From NCBI RefSeq assembly GCF_009914755.1, contig NC_060948.1: a DNA stretch of 64,000 nt. One strand, written 5' to 3'. Source of the DNA: the human T2T-CHM13v2.0 reference genome, Homo sapiens. This document shows positions 12,520-26,803 of this stretch, in pieces. The translations under genes and the position numbers were made by a program. Position 1 is the stretch's first letter. Every line of letters starts with the position of its first letter. A model generated the notes under the pieces. It searched no databases. It was given only the letters and a program-made list of their open reading frames with translations, and was not told where the DNA came from.

Positions 12520-15500
12520 GAATTCATTGGAATGGAAGGGAATGTAGTGTAATGGACAGGCCTGGAATAAAGTGGAATGCTACGGTCTCGAATGGAATAA
12601 AAATGTATGGAATGGAATGCAATGAAACGGAATCGAATGTCATAGAATGTAATGGAATGCAAAAAAATGGAATCCAAAATCATTGACTGGAAAGGCTGGG
12701 TGTCGAAAGGAATTGACTCCAATGGAATGGAATCGAATGGAATGGAAGTGAATAGAATCGAACTAAATCGAATGGAATGGAATTGATAGGAACGGAATGG
12801 AAAGGAATGCAATGATTTGGCATGGAATGGAATCGAATGGCATCGAATGGAATGGAATGGAATGCAATGGAATGGAATGTATTAGAATGTAATGAACTTT
12901 AATGGAATGTACTCGAATGGATTCGACTGGAATGGAATGTTCTGGAAGTGAATGGACTCCAATGGAATGGATTCAAAAGGAATGGAATCGTACGGAATGG
13001 AATCTAATGGAATGGAATTAAATGGAAATGAATCAAATTGAATAGCACGGAATTGAATTGAATGGAATGGAATGCAATGGAATCTAATGAAACGGAAAGG
13101 AAAGGAATGGATTGGAATGGAATGGGCTGGAATGGAAAGGAATCGAAACGAATGGAATGGAATCGAAGTGAAGAGACTGGAATGGAATGCACTGGAATGG
13201 AAGGGAGTGTAATGGAAGGTTCTCGAAAAAAATGGAATCGAATGGAATGGAATTGAATGGAACGGAATAGAGTCGAATGGAATTGAATGGAATGGAATGG
13301 ACTAGAGTGAAATGGAATCGAACCACAAGGAATGGACAGGAATAGAATGGTCTCGAATTGAATGGAATCGTATGGAATGGCATCAAACGGAATGGAATGG
13401 ACAGCCACGGAATGGAATGCACTCGAATGCAATGGAGTCGAAACTAATGGACTGGAATAGAATGGACTCGACTGGTACGGACTCCAATGGAATGGAATCG
13501 AATGGAAGGGAATCGAACGGAATGGACTCGAAGGGAAAAGACTGCAATGGAAAGGTCTCGAATGGAATGGAAATTAATGGAATGGAATGGAATCGAATGA
13601 AATGGAGTCAAAAGGAATGGAATCGAATGGCAAGAAATCGAATGTAATGGAATCGCAAGGAATTGATGTGAACGGAACGGAATGGAATGGAATCCAAAGG
13701 AATGGAATAGAATGGAATGGAATCGAATGGAAAGGACTCGAATGGAAATCACTCGAATAGAATGCAATTTAATAAAATAGGATCAAATGTAATGGAATGG
13801 AATGGAAAGGAATCGAAACGAAAGGAATGGAGACAGATGGAATGGAATGGAACAGAGTGCAATGGTATAGAATGGAATGGAATCATCTGGAATGGAATTG
13901 AATGGAATGGAATAATATGAAATGGAATGGACTGGAATGGAATGGAATGCCCTTGAATTAAATGGACTGGAATGGAATGGACTCGAACAGAGTGGAATGG
14001 AAAGTGTTGAGATAGAATGGAATGGACTCCTTTGGAATGGTGTAGTATGCAATGCAATCGACTGGCAGGGAATCAAAAGGAATGTAATGGAATGGATTGG
14101 ACTGGAATGCAATGGACTCGAATAGATTGGAAACGGAATGCAAAGGAATGGAATGGAATAGTATGGAATGGAATGGAAAGGAATGGAGTGGAATAGACTA
14201 GAGTGGAATGGAATGGACTGGAAAGCAATGGACTGGAATGGAACTTTCTTGAATGGACTGGAATCAAACGGAATGGAATGCAATGCAATCAAATGGCATG
14301 GAATAAAATAGAATGAAAGAGAATCAAATGGAATTGAATCGAATGGAATCGAATGGATTGGAAAGGAATAGAATGGAATGGAATGGAATTGACTCAAATG
14401 GAATGGACTAGAATGGAATGGATTCGAATGGAAGGCAAAGGAATGGAATCTATTGGAATGGACTGTAATGGAATGGAATGGAAGGGATTGGAATGGACTC
14501 GAATGGAATGGACTGCAATAGAAAGGATTCGAATGGAATGAAAAAGAATTGAATGGAATAGAACAGAATGGAATCAAATCGAATGAAATGGAATGGAATA
14601 GAAAGGAATGGAATGAAATGGAATGGAAAGGATTCGAATGGAATGCAATCGAATGGAATGGAATCGAACGGAATGGAATAAAATGGAAGAAAACTGGCAA
14701 GAAATGGAATCGAAATGAATGGAGTGTTATGGAACGGACTCAAAAGGAATTGAATGTAATAGAATGGAGTGGAGTGGACTCGAATATAATGGACTGGAAT
14801 GGAATGAAATCACATGGAATGGGAACGAATGGAATGGAATGGAAAGGAATGGAATCAAATGGAAAGGAATCGAATGGAAGGGAATGAAATTGAATCAACA
14901 GGAATGGAAGGGAATAGAATAGACGGTAATGGAATGGACTCGAATTGAATGGACACGAATGCTGAAATTGAATGGACTCGAATGGAATGGAAACGAAAGG
15001 AATGTCATCGAATGGAATTGAATCGATTGGAATGAAATCGCATAGAATGGAGTGGAATCAAATGGAATTGAATCGAAAGGAAAGGAAGCGAATGGACTGA
15101 AATGAAATGGAATGGAATTGAATGGAAAGTAATGCAATGGAATAGAATGGAACGAAATTTCACGGAATGGAATCAAACTGAATGGAATCAAATCAATGGA
15201 ATCAAATCAAATGGAATGGAAAGGAATTGAATGGAGTAGATTGGATTGGATGGGATTGGAATGAAATGTACTGGAAAGGACTCGAATTTCATGAAACGGA
15301 ATGGAATGAATTGGAACGGAATGGACTCGAATGGAATGGAATGTCATGGAATGGCATCAAATGGAATGGCATCAAATGGAATGGAATCGAATGCAATGGA
15401 ATGCTATGGAATGGAATGGAATGCATTGGAATGGAATGTCCTCTAATGGAATGGATTCGAGTGGAATGGAATCGAATATAATGGAGTCGAATGAAATGGA

Positions 15501-16083
15501 ATTGGAAGGAGTGGGATCGAATACAATGGAATATACTGGAATGTAATGTAATGAACTCGAATGTAATTGACTGGAATGGAATGTACATGAATGGAATGTA
15601 ATCGAATGGAAAGTAATCCAATGGAATAGAATCTAATGCAATAAAACCGACTCAGATAGAGTAGAATGTAATGGAATGGAGTGCAGTGCAATGGAATGGA
15701 ATGGAATGGAATGCAATGGAATGGAATGGAATGGAATGGAATGGAATGGAATGGAATGGGATGGAATGGGATGGAATGGATAGTAATGGACTGGAGTGAA
15801 ATGGACTGGAAAGGAATGGACTCAAATTGAAAGGGCTCGAAAGGAATGGAGTCAAATGGAATGGTCTGGAATGGAATGAACACGAATGTAATGCAATCCA
15901 ATAGAATGGAATCGAATGGCATGGAATATAAAGAAATGGAATCGAAGAGAATGGAAACAAATGGAATGGAATTGAATGGAATGGAATTGAATGGAATGGG
16001 AACGAATGGAGTGAAATTGTATGCAGTAGAAGGGAATAGAATGGAATGCAAGCGAAAGGAAAGGAATGGATTGGAATGGAATG
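12520..16083. repeat. DYZ1 EcoRI unit 4, 3,564 bp (-5)
   Basis: GAATTC at 12520 and 16084; one fewer pentamer near 15.75 kb. Confidence 0.9.
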
Positions 16084-19000
16084 GAATTCATTGGAATGGA
16101 AGGGAATGTAGTGTAATGGACAGGCCTGGAATAAAGTGGAATGCTACGGTCTCGAATGGAATAAAAATGTATGGAATGGAATGCAATGAAACGGAATCGA
16201 ATGTCATAGAATGTAATGGAATGCAAAAAAATGGAATCCAAAATCATTGACTGGAAAGGCTGGGTGTCGAAAGGAATTGACTCCAATGGAATGGAATCGA
16301 ATGGAATGGAAGTGAATAGAATCGAACTAAATCGAATGGAATGGAATTGATAGGAACGGAATGGAAAGGAATGCAATGATTTGGCATGGAATGGAATCGA
16401 ATGGCATCGAATGGAATGGAATGGAATGCAATGGAATGGAATGTATTAGAATGTAATGAACTTTAATGGAATGTACTCGAATGGATTCGACTGGAATGGA
16501 ATGTTCTGGAAGTGAATGGACTCCAATGGAATGGATTCAAAAGGAATGGAATCGTACGGAATGGAATCTAATGGAATGGAATTAAATGGAAATGAATCAA
16601 ATTGAATAGCACGGAATTGAATTGAATGGAATGGAATGCAATGGAATCTAATGAAACGGAAAGGAAAGGAATGGAATGGAATGGAATGGGCTGGAATGGA
16701 AAGGAATCGAAACGAATGGAATGGAATCGAACTGAAGAGACTGGAATGGAATGCACTGGAATGGAAGGGAGTGTAATGGAAGGTTCTCGAAAATAATGGA
16801 ATGGAATGGAATGGAATTGAATGGAACGGAATAGAGTCGAATGGAATTGAATGGAATGGAATGGACTAGAGTGAAATGGAATCGAACCACAAGGAATGGA
16901 CAGGAATAGAATGGTCTCGAATTGAATGGAATCGTATGGAATGGCATCAAACGGAATGGAATGGACAGCCACGGAATGGAATGCACTCGAATGCAATGGA
17001 GTCGAAACTAATGGACTGGAATAGAATGGACTCGACTGGTACGGACTCCAATGGAATGGAATCGAATGGAAGGGAATCGAACGGAATGGACTCGAAGGGA
17101 AAAGACTGCAATGGAAAGGTCTCGAATGGAATGGAAATTAATGGAATGGAATGGAATCGAATGAAATGGAGTCAAAAGGAATGGAATCGAATGGCAAGAA
17201 ATCGAATGTAATGGAATCGCCAGGAATTGATGTGAACGGAACGGAATGGAATGGAATCCAAAGGAATGGAATAGAATGGAATGGAATCGAATAGAAAGGA
17301 CTCGAATGGAAATCACTCGAATAGAATGCAATTTAATAAAATAGGATCAAATGTAATGGAATGGAATGGAAAGGAATCGAAACGAAAGGAATGGAGACAG
17401 ATGGAATGGAATGGAACAGAGAGCAATGGTATAGAATGGAATGGAATCATCTGGAATGGAATTGAATGGAATGGAATAATATGAAATGGAATGGAATGGA
17501 ATGGAATGGAATGTCCTTGAATTAAATGGACTGGAATGGAATGGACTCGAACAGAGTGGAATGGAAAGTGTTGAGATAGAATGCAATGGACTCCTTTGGA
17601 ATGGTGTAGTATGCAATGCAATCGACTGGCAGGGAATCAAAAGGAATGTAATGGAATGGATTGGACTGGAATGCAATGGACTCGAATAGATTGGAAACGG
17701 AATGCAAAGGAATGGAATGGAATAGTATGGAATGGAATGGAAAGGAATGGAGTGGAATAGACTAGAGTGGAATGGAATGGACTGGAAAGCAATGGACTGG
17801 AATGGAACTTTCTTGAATGGACTGGAATCAAACGGAATGGAATGCAATGCAATCAAATGGCATGGAATAAAATAGAATGAAAGAGAATCAAATGGAATTG
17901 AATCGAATGGAATCGAATGGATTGGAAAGGAATAGAATGGAATGGAATGGAATTGACTCAAATGGAATGGACTAGAATGGAATGGATTCGAATGGAAGGC
18001 AAAGGAATGGAATCTATTGGAATGGACTGTAATGGAATGGAATGGAAGGGATTGGAATGGACTCGAATGGAATGGACTGCAATAGATAGGATTCGAATGG
18101 AATGAAAAAGAATTGAATGGAATAGAACAGAATGGAATCAAATCGAATGAAATGGAATGGAATAGAAAGGAATGGAATGAAATGGAATGGAAAGGATTCG
18201 AATGGAATGCAATCGAATGGAATGGAATCGAACGGAATGGAATAAAATGGAAGAAAACTGGCAAGAAATGGAATCGAAATGAATGGAGTGTTATGGAACG
18301 GACTCAAAAGGAATTGAATGTAATAGAATGGAGTGGAGTGGACTCGAATATAATGGACTGGAATGGAATGAAATCACAAGGAATGGGAACGAATGGAATG
18401 GAATGGAAAGGAATGGAATCGAATGGAAAGGAATCGAATGGAAGGGAATGAAATTGAATCAACAGGAATGGAAGGGAATAGAATAGACGGTAATGGAATG
18501 GACTCGAATAGAATGGACACGAATGCTCAAATTGAATGGACTCGAATGGAATGGAAACGAAAGGAATGTCATCGAATGGAATTGAATGGATTGGAATGAA
18601 ATCGCATAGAATGGAGTGGAATCAAATGGAATTGAATCGAAAGGAAAGGAAGCGAATGGACTGAAATGAAATGGAATGGAATTGAATGGAAAGTAATGCA
18701 ATGGAATAGAATGGAACGAAATTTCACGGAATGGAATCAAACTGAATGGAATCAAATCAATGGAATCAAATCAAATGGAATGGAAAGGAATTGAATGGAG
18801 TAGATTGGATTGGATGGGATTGGAATGAAATGTACTGGAAAGGACTCGAATTTCATGAAACGGAATGGAATGAATTGGAACGGAATGGACTCGAATGGAA
18901 TGGAATGTCATGGAATGGCATCAAATGGAATGGCATCAAATGGAATGGAATCGAATGCAATGGAATGCTATGGAATGGAATGGAATGCATTGGAATGGAA

Positions 19001-19662
19001 TGTCCTGTAATGGAATGGATTCGAGTGGAATGGAATCGAATATAATGGAGTCGAATGAAATGGAATTGAAAGGAATGGGATCGAATACAATGGAATATAC
19101 TGGAATGTAATGTAATGAACTCGAATGTAATTGACTGGAATGGAATGTACATGAATGGAATGTAATCGAATGGAAAGTAATCCAATGGAATAGAATCTAA
19201 TGCAATAAAATCGACTCAGATAGAGTAGAATGTAATGGAATGGAGTGCAGTGCAATGGAATGGAATGGAATGGAATGCAATGGAATGGAATGGAATGGAA
19301 TGGAATGGAATGGAATGGAATGGAATGGGATGGAATGGGATGGAATGGTATGGAATGGATAGTAATGGACTGGAGTGAAATGGACTGGAAAGGAATGGAC
19401 TCAAATTGAAAGGGCTCGAAAGGAATGGAGTCAAATGGAATGGTCTGGAATGGAATGAACACGAATGTAATGCAATCCAATAGAATGGAATCGAATGGCA
19501 TGGAATATAAAGAAATGGAATCGAAGAGAATGGAAACAAATGGAATGGAATTGAATGGAATGGAATTGAATGGAATGGGAACGAATGGAGTGAAATTGTA
19601 TGCAGTAGAAGGGAATAGAATGGAATGCAAGCGAAAGGAAAGGAATGGATTGGAATGGAATG
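16084..19662. repeat. DYZ1 EcoRI unit 5, 3,579 bp (+10)
   Basis: GAATTC at 16084 and 19663; two extra pentamers near 19.3 kb. Confidence 0.9.
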
Positions 19663-22600
19663 GAATTCATTGGAATGGAAGGGAATGTAGTGTAATGGAC
19701 AGGCCTGGAATAAAGTGGAATGCTACGGTCTCGAATGGAATAAAAATGTATGGAATGGAATGCAATGAAACGGAATCGAATGTCATAGAATGTAATGGAA
19801 TGCAAAAAAATGGAATCCAAAATCATTGACTGGAAAGGCTGGGTGTCGAAAGGAATTGACTCCAATGGAATGGAATCGAATGGAATGGAAGTGAATAGAA
19901 TCGAACTAAATCGAATGGAATGGAATTGATAGGAACGGAATGGAAAGGAATGCAATGATTTGGCATGGAATGGAATCGAATGGCATCGAATGGAATGGAA
20001 TGGAATGCAATGGAATGGAATGTATTAGAATGTAATGAACTTTAATGGAATGTACTCGAATGGATTCGACTGGAATGGAATGTTCTGGAAGTGAATGGAC
20101 TCCAATGGAATGGATTCAAAAGGAATGGAATCGTACGGAATGGAATCTAATGGAATGGAATTAAATGGAAATGAATCAAATTGAATAGCACGGAATTGAA
20201 TTGAATGGAATGGAATGCAATGGAATCTAATGAAACGGAAAGGAAAGGAATGGAATGGAATGGAATGGGCTGGAATGGAAAGGAATCGAAACGAATGGAA
20301 TGGAATCGAACTGAAGAGACTGGAATGGAATGCACTGGAATGGAAGGGAGTGTAATGGAAGGTTCTCGAAAAAAATGGAATCGAATGGAATGGAATTGAA
20401 TGGAACGGAATAGAGTCGAATGGAATTGAATGGAATGGAATGGACTAGAGTGAAATGGAATCGAACCACAAGGAATGGACAGGAATAGAATGGTCTCGAA
20501 TTGAATGGAATCGTATGGAATGGCATCAAACGGAATGGAATGGACAGCCACGGAATGGAATGCACTCGAATGCAATGGAGTCGAAACGTCGAAACTAATG
20601 GACTGGAATAGAATGGACTCGACTGGTACGGACTCCAATGGAATGGAATCGAATGGAAGGGAATCGAACGGAATGGACTCGAAGGGAAAAGACTGCAATG
20701 GAAAGGTCTCGAATGGAATGGAAATTAATGGAATGGAATGGAATCGAATGAAATGGAGTCAAAAGGAATGGAATCGAATGGCAAGAAATCGAATGTAATG
20801 GAATCGCAAGGAATTGATGTGAACGGAACGGAATGGAATGGAATCCAAAGGAATGGAATAGAATGGAATGGAATCGAATGGAAAGGACTCGAATGGAAAT
20901 CACTCGAATAGAATGCAATTTAATAAAATAGGATCAAATGTAATGGAATGGAATGGAAAGGAATCGAAACGAAAGGAATGGAGACAGATGGAATGGAATG
21001 GAACAGAGAGCAATGGTATAGAATGGAATGGAATCATCTGGAATGGAATTGAATGGAATGGAATAATATGAAATGGAATGGAATGGAATGGAATGGAATG
21101 TCCTTGAATTAAATGGACTGGAATGGAATGGACTCGAACAGAGTGGAATGGAAAGTGTTGAGATAGAATGCAATGGACTCCTTTGGAATGGTGTAGTATG
21201 CAATGCAATCGACTGGCAGGGAATCAAAAGGAATGTAATGGAATGGATTGGACTGGAATGCAATGGACTCGAATAGATTGGAAACGGAATGCAAAGGAAT
21301 GGAATGGAATAGTATGGAATGGAATGGAAAGGAATGGAGTGGAATAGACTAGAGTGGAATGGAATGGACTGGAAAGCAATGGACTGGAATGGAACTTTCT
21401 TGAATGGACTGGAATCAAACGGAATGGAATGCAATGCAATCAAATGGCATGGAATAAAATAGAATGAAAGAGAATCAAATGGAATTGAATCGAATGGAAT
21501 CGAATGGATTGGAAAGGAATAGAATGGAATGGAATGGAATTGACTCAAATGGAATGGACTAGAATGGAATGGATTCGAATGGAAGGCAAAGGAATGGAAT
21601 CTATTGGAATGGACTGTAATGGAATGGAATGGAAGGGATTGGAATGGACTCGAATGGAATGGACTGCAATAGATAGGATTCGAATGGAATGAAAAAGAAT
21701 TGAATGGAATAGAACAGAATGGAATCAAATCGAATGAAATGGAATGGAATAGAAAGGAATGGAATGAAATGGAATGGAAAGGATTCGAATGGAATGCAAT
21801 CGAATGGAATGGAATCGAACGGAATGGAATAAAATGGAAGAAAACTGGCAAGAAATGGAATCGAAATGAATGGAGTGTTATGGAACGGACTCAAAAGGAA
21901 TTGAATGTAATAGAATGGAGTGGAGTGGACTCGAATATAATGGACTGGAATGGAATGAAATCACAAGGAATGGGAACGAATGGAATGGAATGGAAAGGAA
22001 TGGAATCGAATGGAAAGGAATCGAATGGAAGGGAATGAAATTGAATCAACAGGAATGGAAGGGAATAGAATAGACGGTAATGGAATGGACTCGAATAGAA
22101 TGGACACGAATGCTCAAATTGAATGGACTCGAATGGAATGGAAACGAAAGGAATGTCATCGAATGGAATTGAATGGATTGGAATGAAATCGCATAGAATG
22201 GAGTGGAATCAAATGGAATTGAATCGAAAGGAAAGGAAGCGAATGGACTGAAATGAAATGGAATGGAATTGAATGGAAAGTAATGCAATGGAATAGAATG
22301 GAACGAAATTTCACGGAATGGAATCAAACTGAATGGAATCAAATCAATGGAATCAAATCAAATAGAATGGAAAGGAATTGAATGGAGTAGATTGGATTGG
22401 ATGGGATTGGAATGAAATGTACTGGAAAGGACTCGAATTTCATGAAACGGAATGGAATGAATTGGAACGGAATGGACTCGAATGGAATGGAATGTCATGG
22501 AATGGCATCAAATGGAATGGCATCAAATGGAATGGAATCGAATGCAATGGAATGCTATGGAATGGAATGGAATGCATTGGAATGGAATGTCCTGTAATGG

Positions 22601-23234
22601 AATGGATTCGAGTGGAATGGAATCGAATATAATGGAGTCGAATGAAATGGAATTGAAAGGAATGGGATCGAATACAATGGAATATACTGGAATGTAATGT
22701 AATGAACTCGAATGTAATTGACTGGAATGGAATGTACATGAATGGAATGTAATCGAATGGAAAGTAATCCAATGGAATAGAATCTAATGCAATAAAATCG
22801 ACTCAGATAGAGTAGAATGTAATGGAATGGAGTGCAGTGCAATGGAATGGAATGGAATGGAATGCAATGGAATGGAATGGAATGGAATGGAATGGAATGG
22901 GATGGAATGGGATGGAATGGTATGGAATGGATAGTAATGGACTGGAGTGAAATGGACTGGAAAGGAATGGACTCAAATTGAAAGGGCTCGAAAGGAATGG
23001 AGTCAAATGGAATGGTCTGGAATGGAATGAACACGAATGTAATGCAATCCAATAGAATGGAATCGAATGGCATGGAATATAAAGAAATGGAATCGAAGAG
23101 AATGGAAACAAATGGAATGGAATTGAATGGAATGGAATTGAATGGAATGGGAACGAATGGAGTGAAATTGTATGCAGTAGAAGGGAATAGAATGGAATGC
23201 AAGCGAAAGGAAAGGAATGGATTGGAATGGAATG
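19663..23234. repeat. DYZ1 EcoRI unit 6, 3,572 bp (+8, -5)
   Basis: GAATTC at 19663 and 23235; 8-bp duplication at 20580-20595; shorter pentamer tract near 22.9 kb. Confidence 0.9.
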
Positions 23235-26200
23235 GAATTCATTGGAATGGAAGGGAATGTAGTGTAATGGACAGGCCTGGAATAAAGTGGAATGCTACGG
23301 TCTCGAATGGAATAAAAATGTATGGAATGGAATGCAATGAAACGGAATCGAATGTCATAGAATGTAATGGAATGCAAAAAAATGGAATCCAAAATCATTG
23401 ACTGGAAAGGCTGGGTGTCGAAAGGAATTGACTCCAATGGAATGGAATCGAATGGAATGGAAGTGAATAGAATCGAACTAAATCGAATGGAATGGAATTG
23501 ATAGGAACGGAATGGAAAGGAATGCAATGATTTGGCATGGAATGGAATCGAATGGCATCGAATGGAATGGAATGGAATGCAATGGAATGGAATGTATTAG
23601 AATGTAATGAACTTTAATGGAATGTACTCGAATGGATTCGACTGGAATGGAATGTTCTGGAAGTGAATGGACTCCAATGGAATGGATTCAAAAGGAATGG
23701 AATCGTACGGAATGGAATCTAATGGAATGGAATTAAATGGAAATGAATCAAATTGAATAGCACGGAATTGAATTGAATGGAATGGAATGCAATGGAATCT
23801 AATGAAACGGAAAGGAAAGGAATGGAATGGAATGGAATGGGCTGGAATGGAAAGGAATCGAAACGAATGGAATGGAATCGAACTGAAGAGACTGGAATGG
23901 AATGCACTGGAATGGAAGGGAGTGTAATGGAAGGTTCTCGAAAATAATGGAATGGAATGGAATGGAATTGAATGGAACGGAATAGAGTCGAATGGAATTG
24001 AATGGAATGGAATGGACTAGAGTGAAATGGAATCGAACCACAAGGAATGGACAGGAATAGAATGGTCTCGAATTGAATGGAATCGTATGGAATGGCATCA
24101 AACGGAATGGAATGGACAGCCACGGAATGGAATGCACTCGAATGCAATGGAGTCGAAACTAATGGACTGGAATAGAATGGACTCGACTGGTACGGACTCC
24201 AATGGAATGGAATCGAATGGAAGGGAATCGAACGGAATGGACTCGAAGGGAAAAGACTGCAATGGAAAGGTCTCGAATGGAATGGAAATTAATGGAATGG
24301 AATGGAATCGAATGAAATGGAGTCAAAAGGAATGGAATCGAATGGCAAGAAATCGAATGTAATGGAATCGCAAGGAATTGATGTGAACGGAACGGAATGG
24401 AATGGAATCCAAAGGAATGGAATAGAATGGAATGGAATCGAATGGAAAGGACTCGAATGGAAATCACTCGAATAGAATGCAATTTAATAAAATAGGATCA
24501 AATGGAATGGAATGGAATGGAAAGGAATCGAAACGAAAGGAATGGAGACAGATGGAATGGAATGGAACAGAGAGCAATGGTATAGAATGGAATGGAATCA
24601 TCTGGAATGGAATTGAATGGAATGGAATAATATGAAATGGAATGGAATGGAATGGAATGGAATGTCCTTGAATTAAATGGACTGGAATGGAATGGACTCG
24701 AACAGAGTGGAATGGAAAGTGTTGAGATAGAATGCAATGGACTCCTTTGGAATGGTGTAGTATGCAATGCAATCGACTGGCAGGGAATCAAAAGGAATGT
24801 AATGGAATGGATTGGACTGGAATGCAATGGACTCGAATAGATTGGAAACGGAATGCAAAGGAATGGAATGGAATAGTATGGAATGGAATGGAAAGGAATG
24901 GAGTGGAATAGACTAGAGTGGAATGGAATGGACTGGAAAGCAATGGACTGGAATGGAACTTTCTTGAATGGACTGGAATCAAACGGAATGGAATGCAATG
25001 CAATCAAATGGCATGGAATAAAATAGAATGAAAGAGAATCAAATGGAATTGAATCGAATGGAATCGAATGGATTGGAAAGGAATAGAATGGAATGGAATG
25101 GAATTGACTCAAATGGAATGGACTAGAATGGAATGGATTCGAATGGAAGGCAAAGGAATGGAATCTATTGGAATGGACTGTAATGGAATGGAATGGAAGG
25201 GATTGGAATGGACTCGAATGGAATGGACTGCAATAGATAGGATTCGAATGGAATGAAAAAGAATTGAATGGAATAGAACAGAATGGAATCAAATCGAATG
25301 AAATGGAATGGAATAGAAAGGAATGGAATGAAATGGAATGGAAAGGATTCGAATGGAATGCAATCGAATGGAATGGAATCGAACGGAATGGAATAAAATG
25401 GAAGAAAACTGGCAAGAAATGGAATCGAAATGAATGGAGTGTTATGGAACGGACTCAAAAGGAATTGAATGTAATAGAATGGAGTGGAGTGGACTCGAAT
25501 ATAATGGACTGGAATGGAATGAAATCACAAGGAATGGGAACGAATGGAATGGAATGGAAAGGAATGGAATCGAATGGAAAGGAATCGAATGGAAGGGAAT
25601 GAAATTGAATCAACAGGAATGGAAGGGAATAGAATAGACGGTAATGGAATGGACTCGAATAGAATGGACACGAATGCTCAAATTGAATGGACTCGAATGG
25701 AATGGAAACGAAAGGAATGTCATCGAATGGAATTGAATGGATTGGAATGAAATCGCATAGAATGGAGTGGAATCAAATGGAATTGAATCGAAAGGAAAGG
25801 AAGCGAATGGACTGAAATGAAATGGAATGGAATTGAATGGAAAGTAATGCAATGGAATAGAATGGAACGAAATTTCACGGAATGGAATCAAACTGAATGG
25901 AATCAAATCAATGGAATCAAATCAAATGGAATGGAAAGGAATTGAATGGAGTAGATTGGATTGGATGGGATTGGAATGAAATGTACTGGAAAGGACTCGA
26001 ATTTCATGAAACGGAATGGAATGAATTGGAACGGAATGGACTCGAATGGAATGGAATGTCATGGAATGGCATCAAATGGAATGGCATCAAATGGAATGGA
26101 ATCGAATGCAATGGAATGCTATGGAATGGAATGGAATGCGTTGGAATGGAATGTCCTGTAATGGAATGGATTCGAGTGGAATGGAATCGAATATAATGGA

Positions 26201-26803
26201 GTCGAATGAAATGGAATTGAAAGGAATGGGATCGAATACAATGGAATATACTGGAATGTAATGTAATGAACTCGAATGTAATTGACTGGAATGGAATGTA
26301 CATGAATGGAATGTAATCGAATGGAAAGTAATCCAATGGAATAGAATCTAATGCAATAAAATCGACTCAGATAGAGTAGAATGTAATGGAATGGAGTGCA
26401 GTGCAATGGAATGGAATGGAATGGAATGCAATGGAATGGAATGGAATGGAATGGAATGGAATGGAATGGGATGGAATGGGATGGAATGGGATGGAATGGA
26501 TAGTAATGGACTGGAGTGAAATGGACTGGAAAGGAATGGACTCAAATTGATAGGGCTCGAAAGGAATGGAGTCAAATGGAATGGTCTGGAATGGAATGAA
26601 CACGAATGTAATGCAATCCAATAGAATGGAATCGAATGGCATGGAATATAAAGAAATGGAATCGAAGAGAATGGAAACAAATGGAATGGAATTGAATGGA
26701 ATGGAATTGAATGGAATGGGAACGAATGGAGTGAAATTGTATGCAGTAGAAGGGAATAGAACGGAATGCAAGCGAAAGGAAAGGAATGGATTGGAATGGA
26801 ATG
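23235..26803. repeat. DYZ1 EcoRI unit 7, 3,569 bp
   Basis: GAATTC at 23235 and 26804. Confidence 0.9.
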
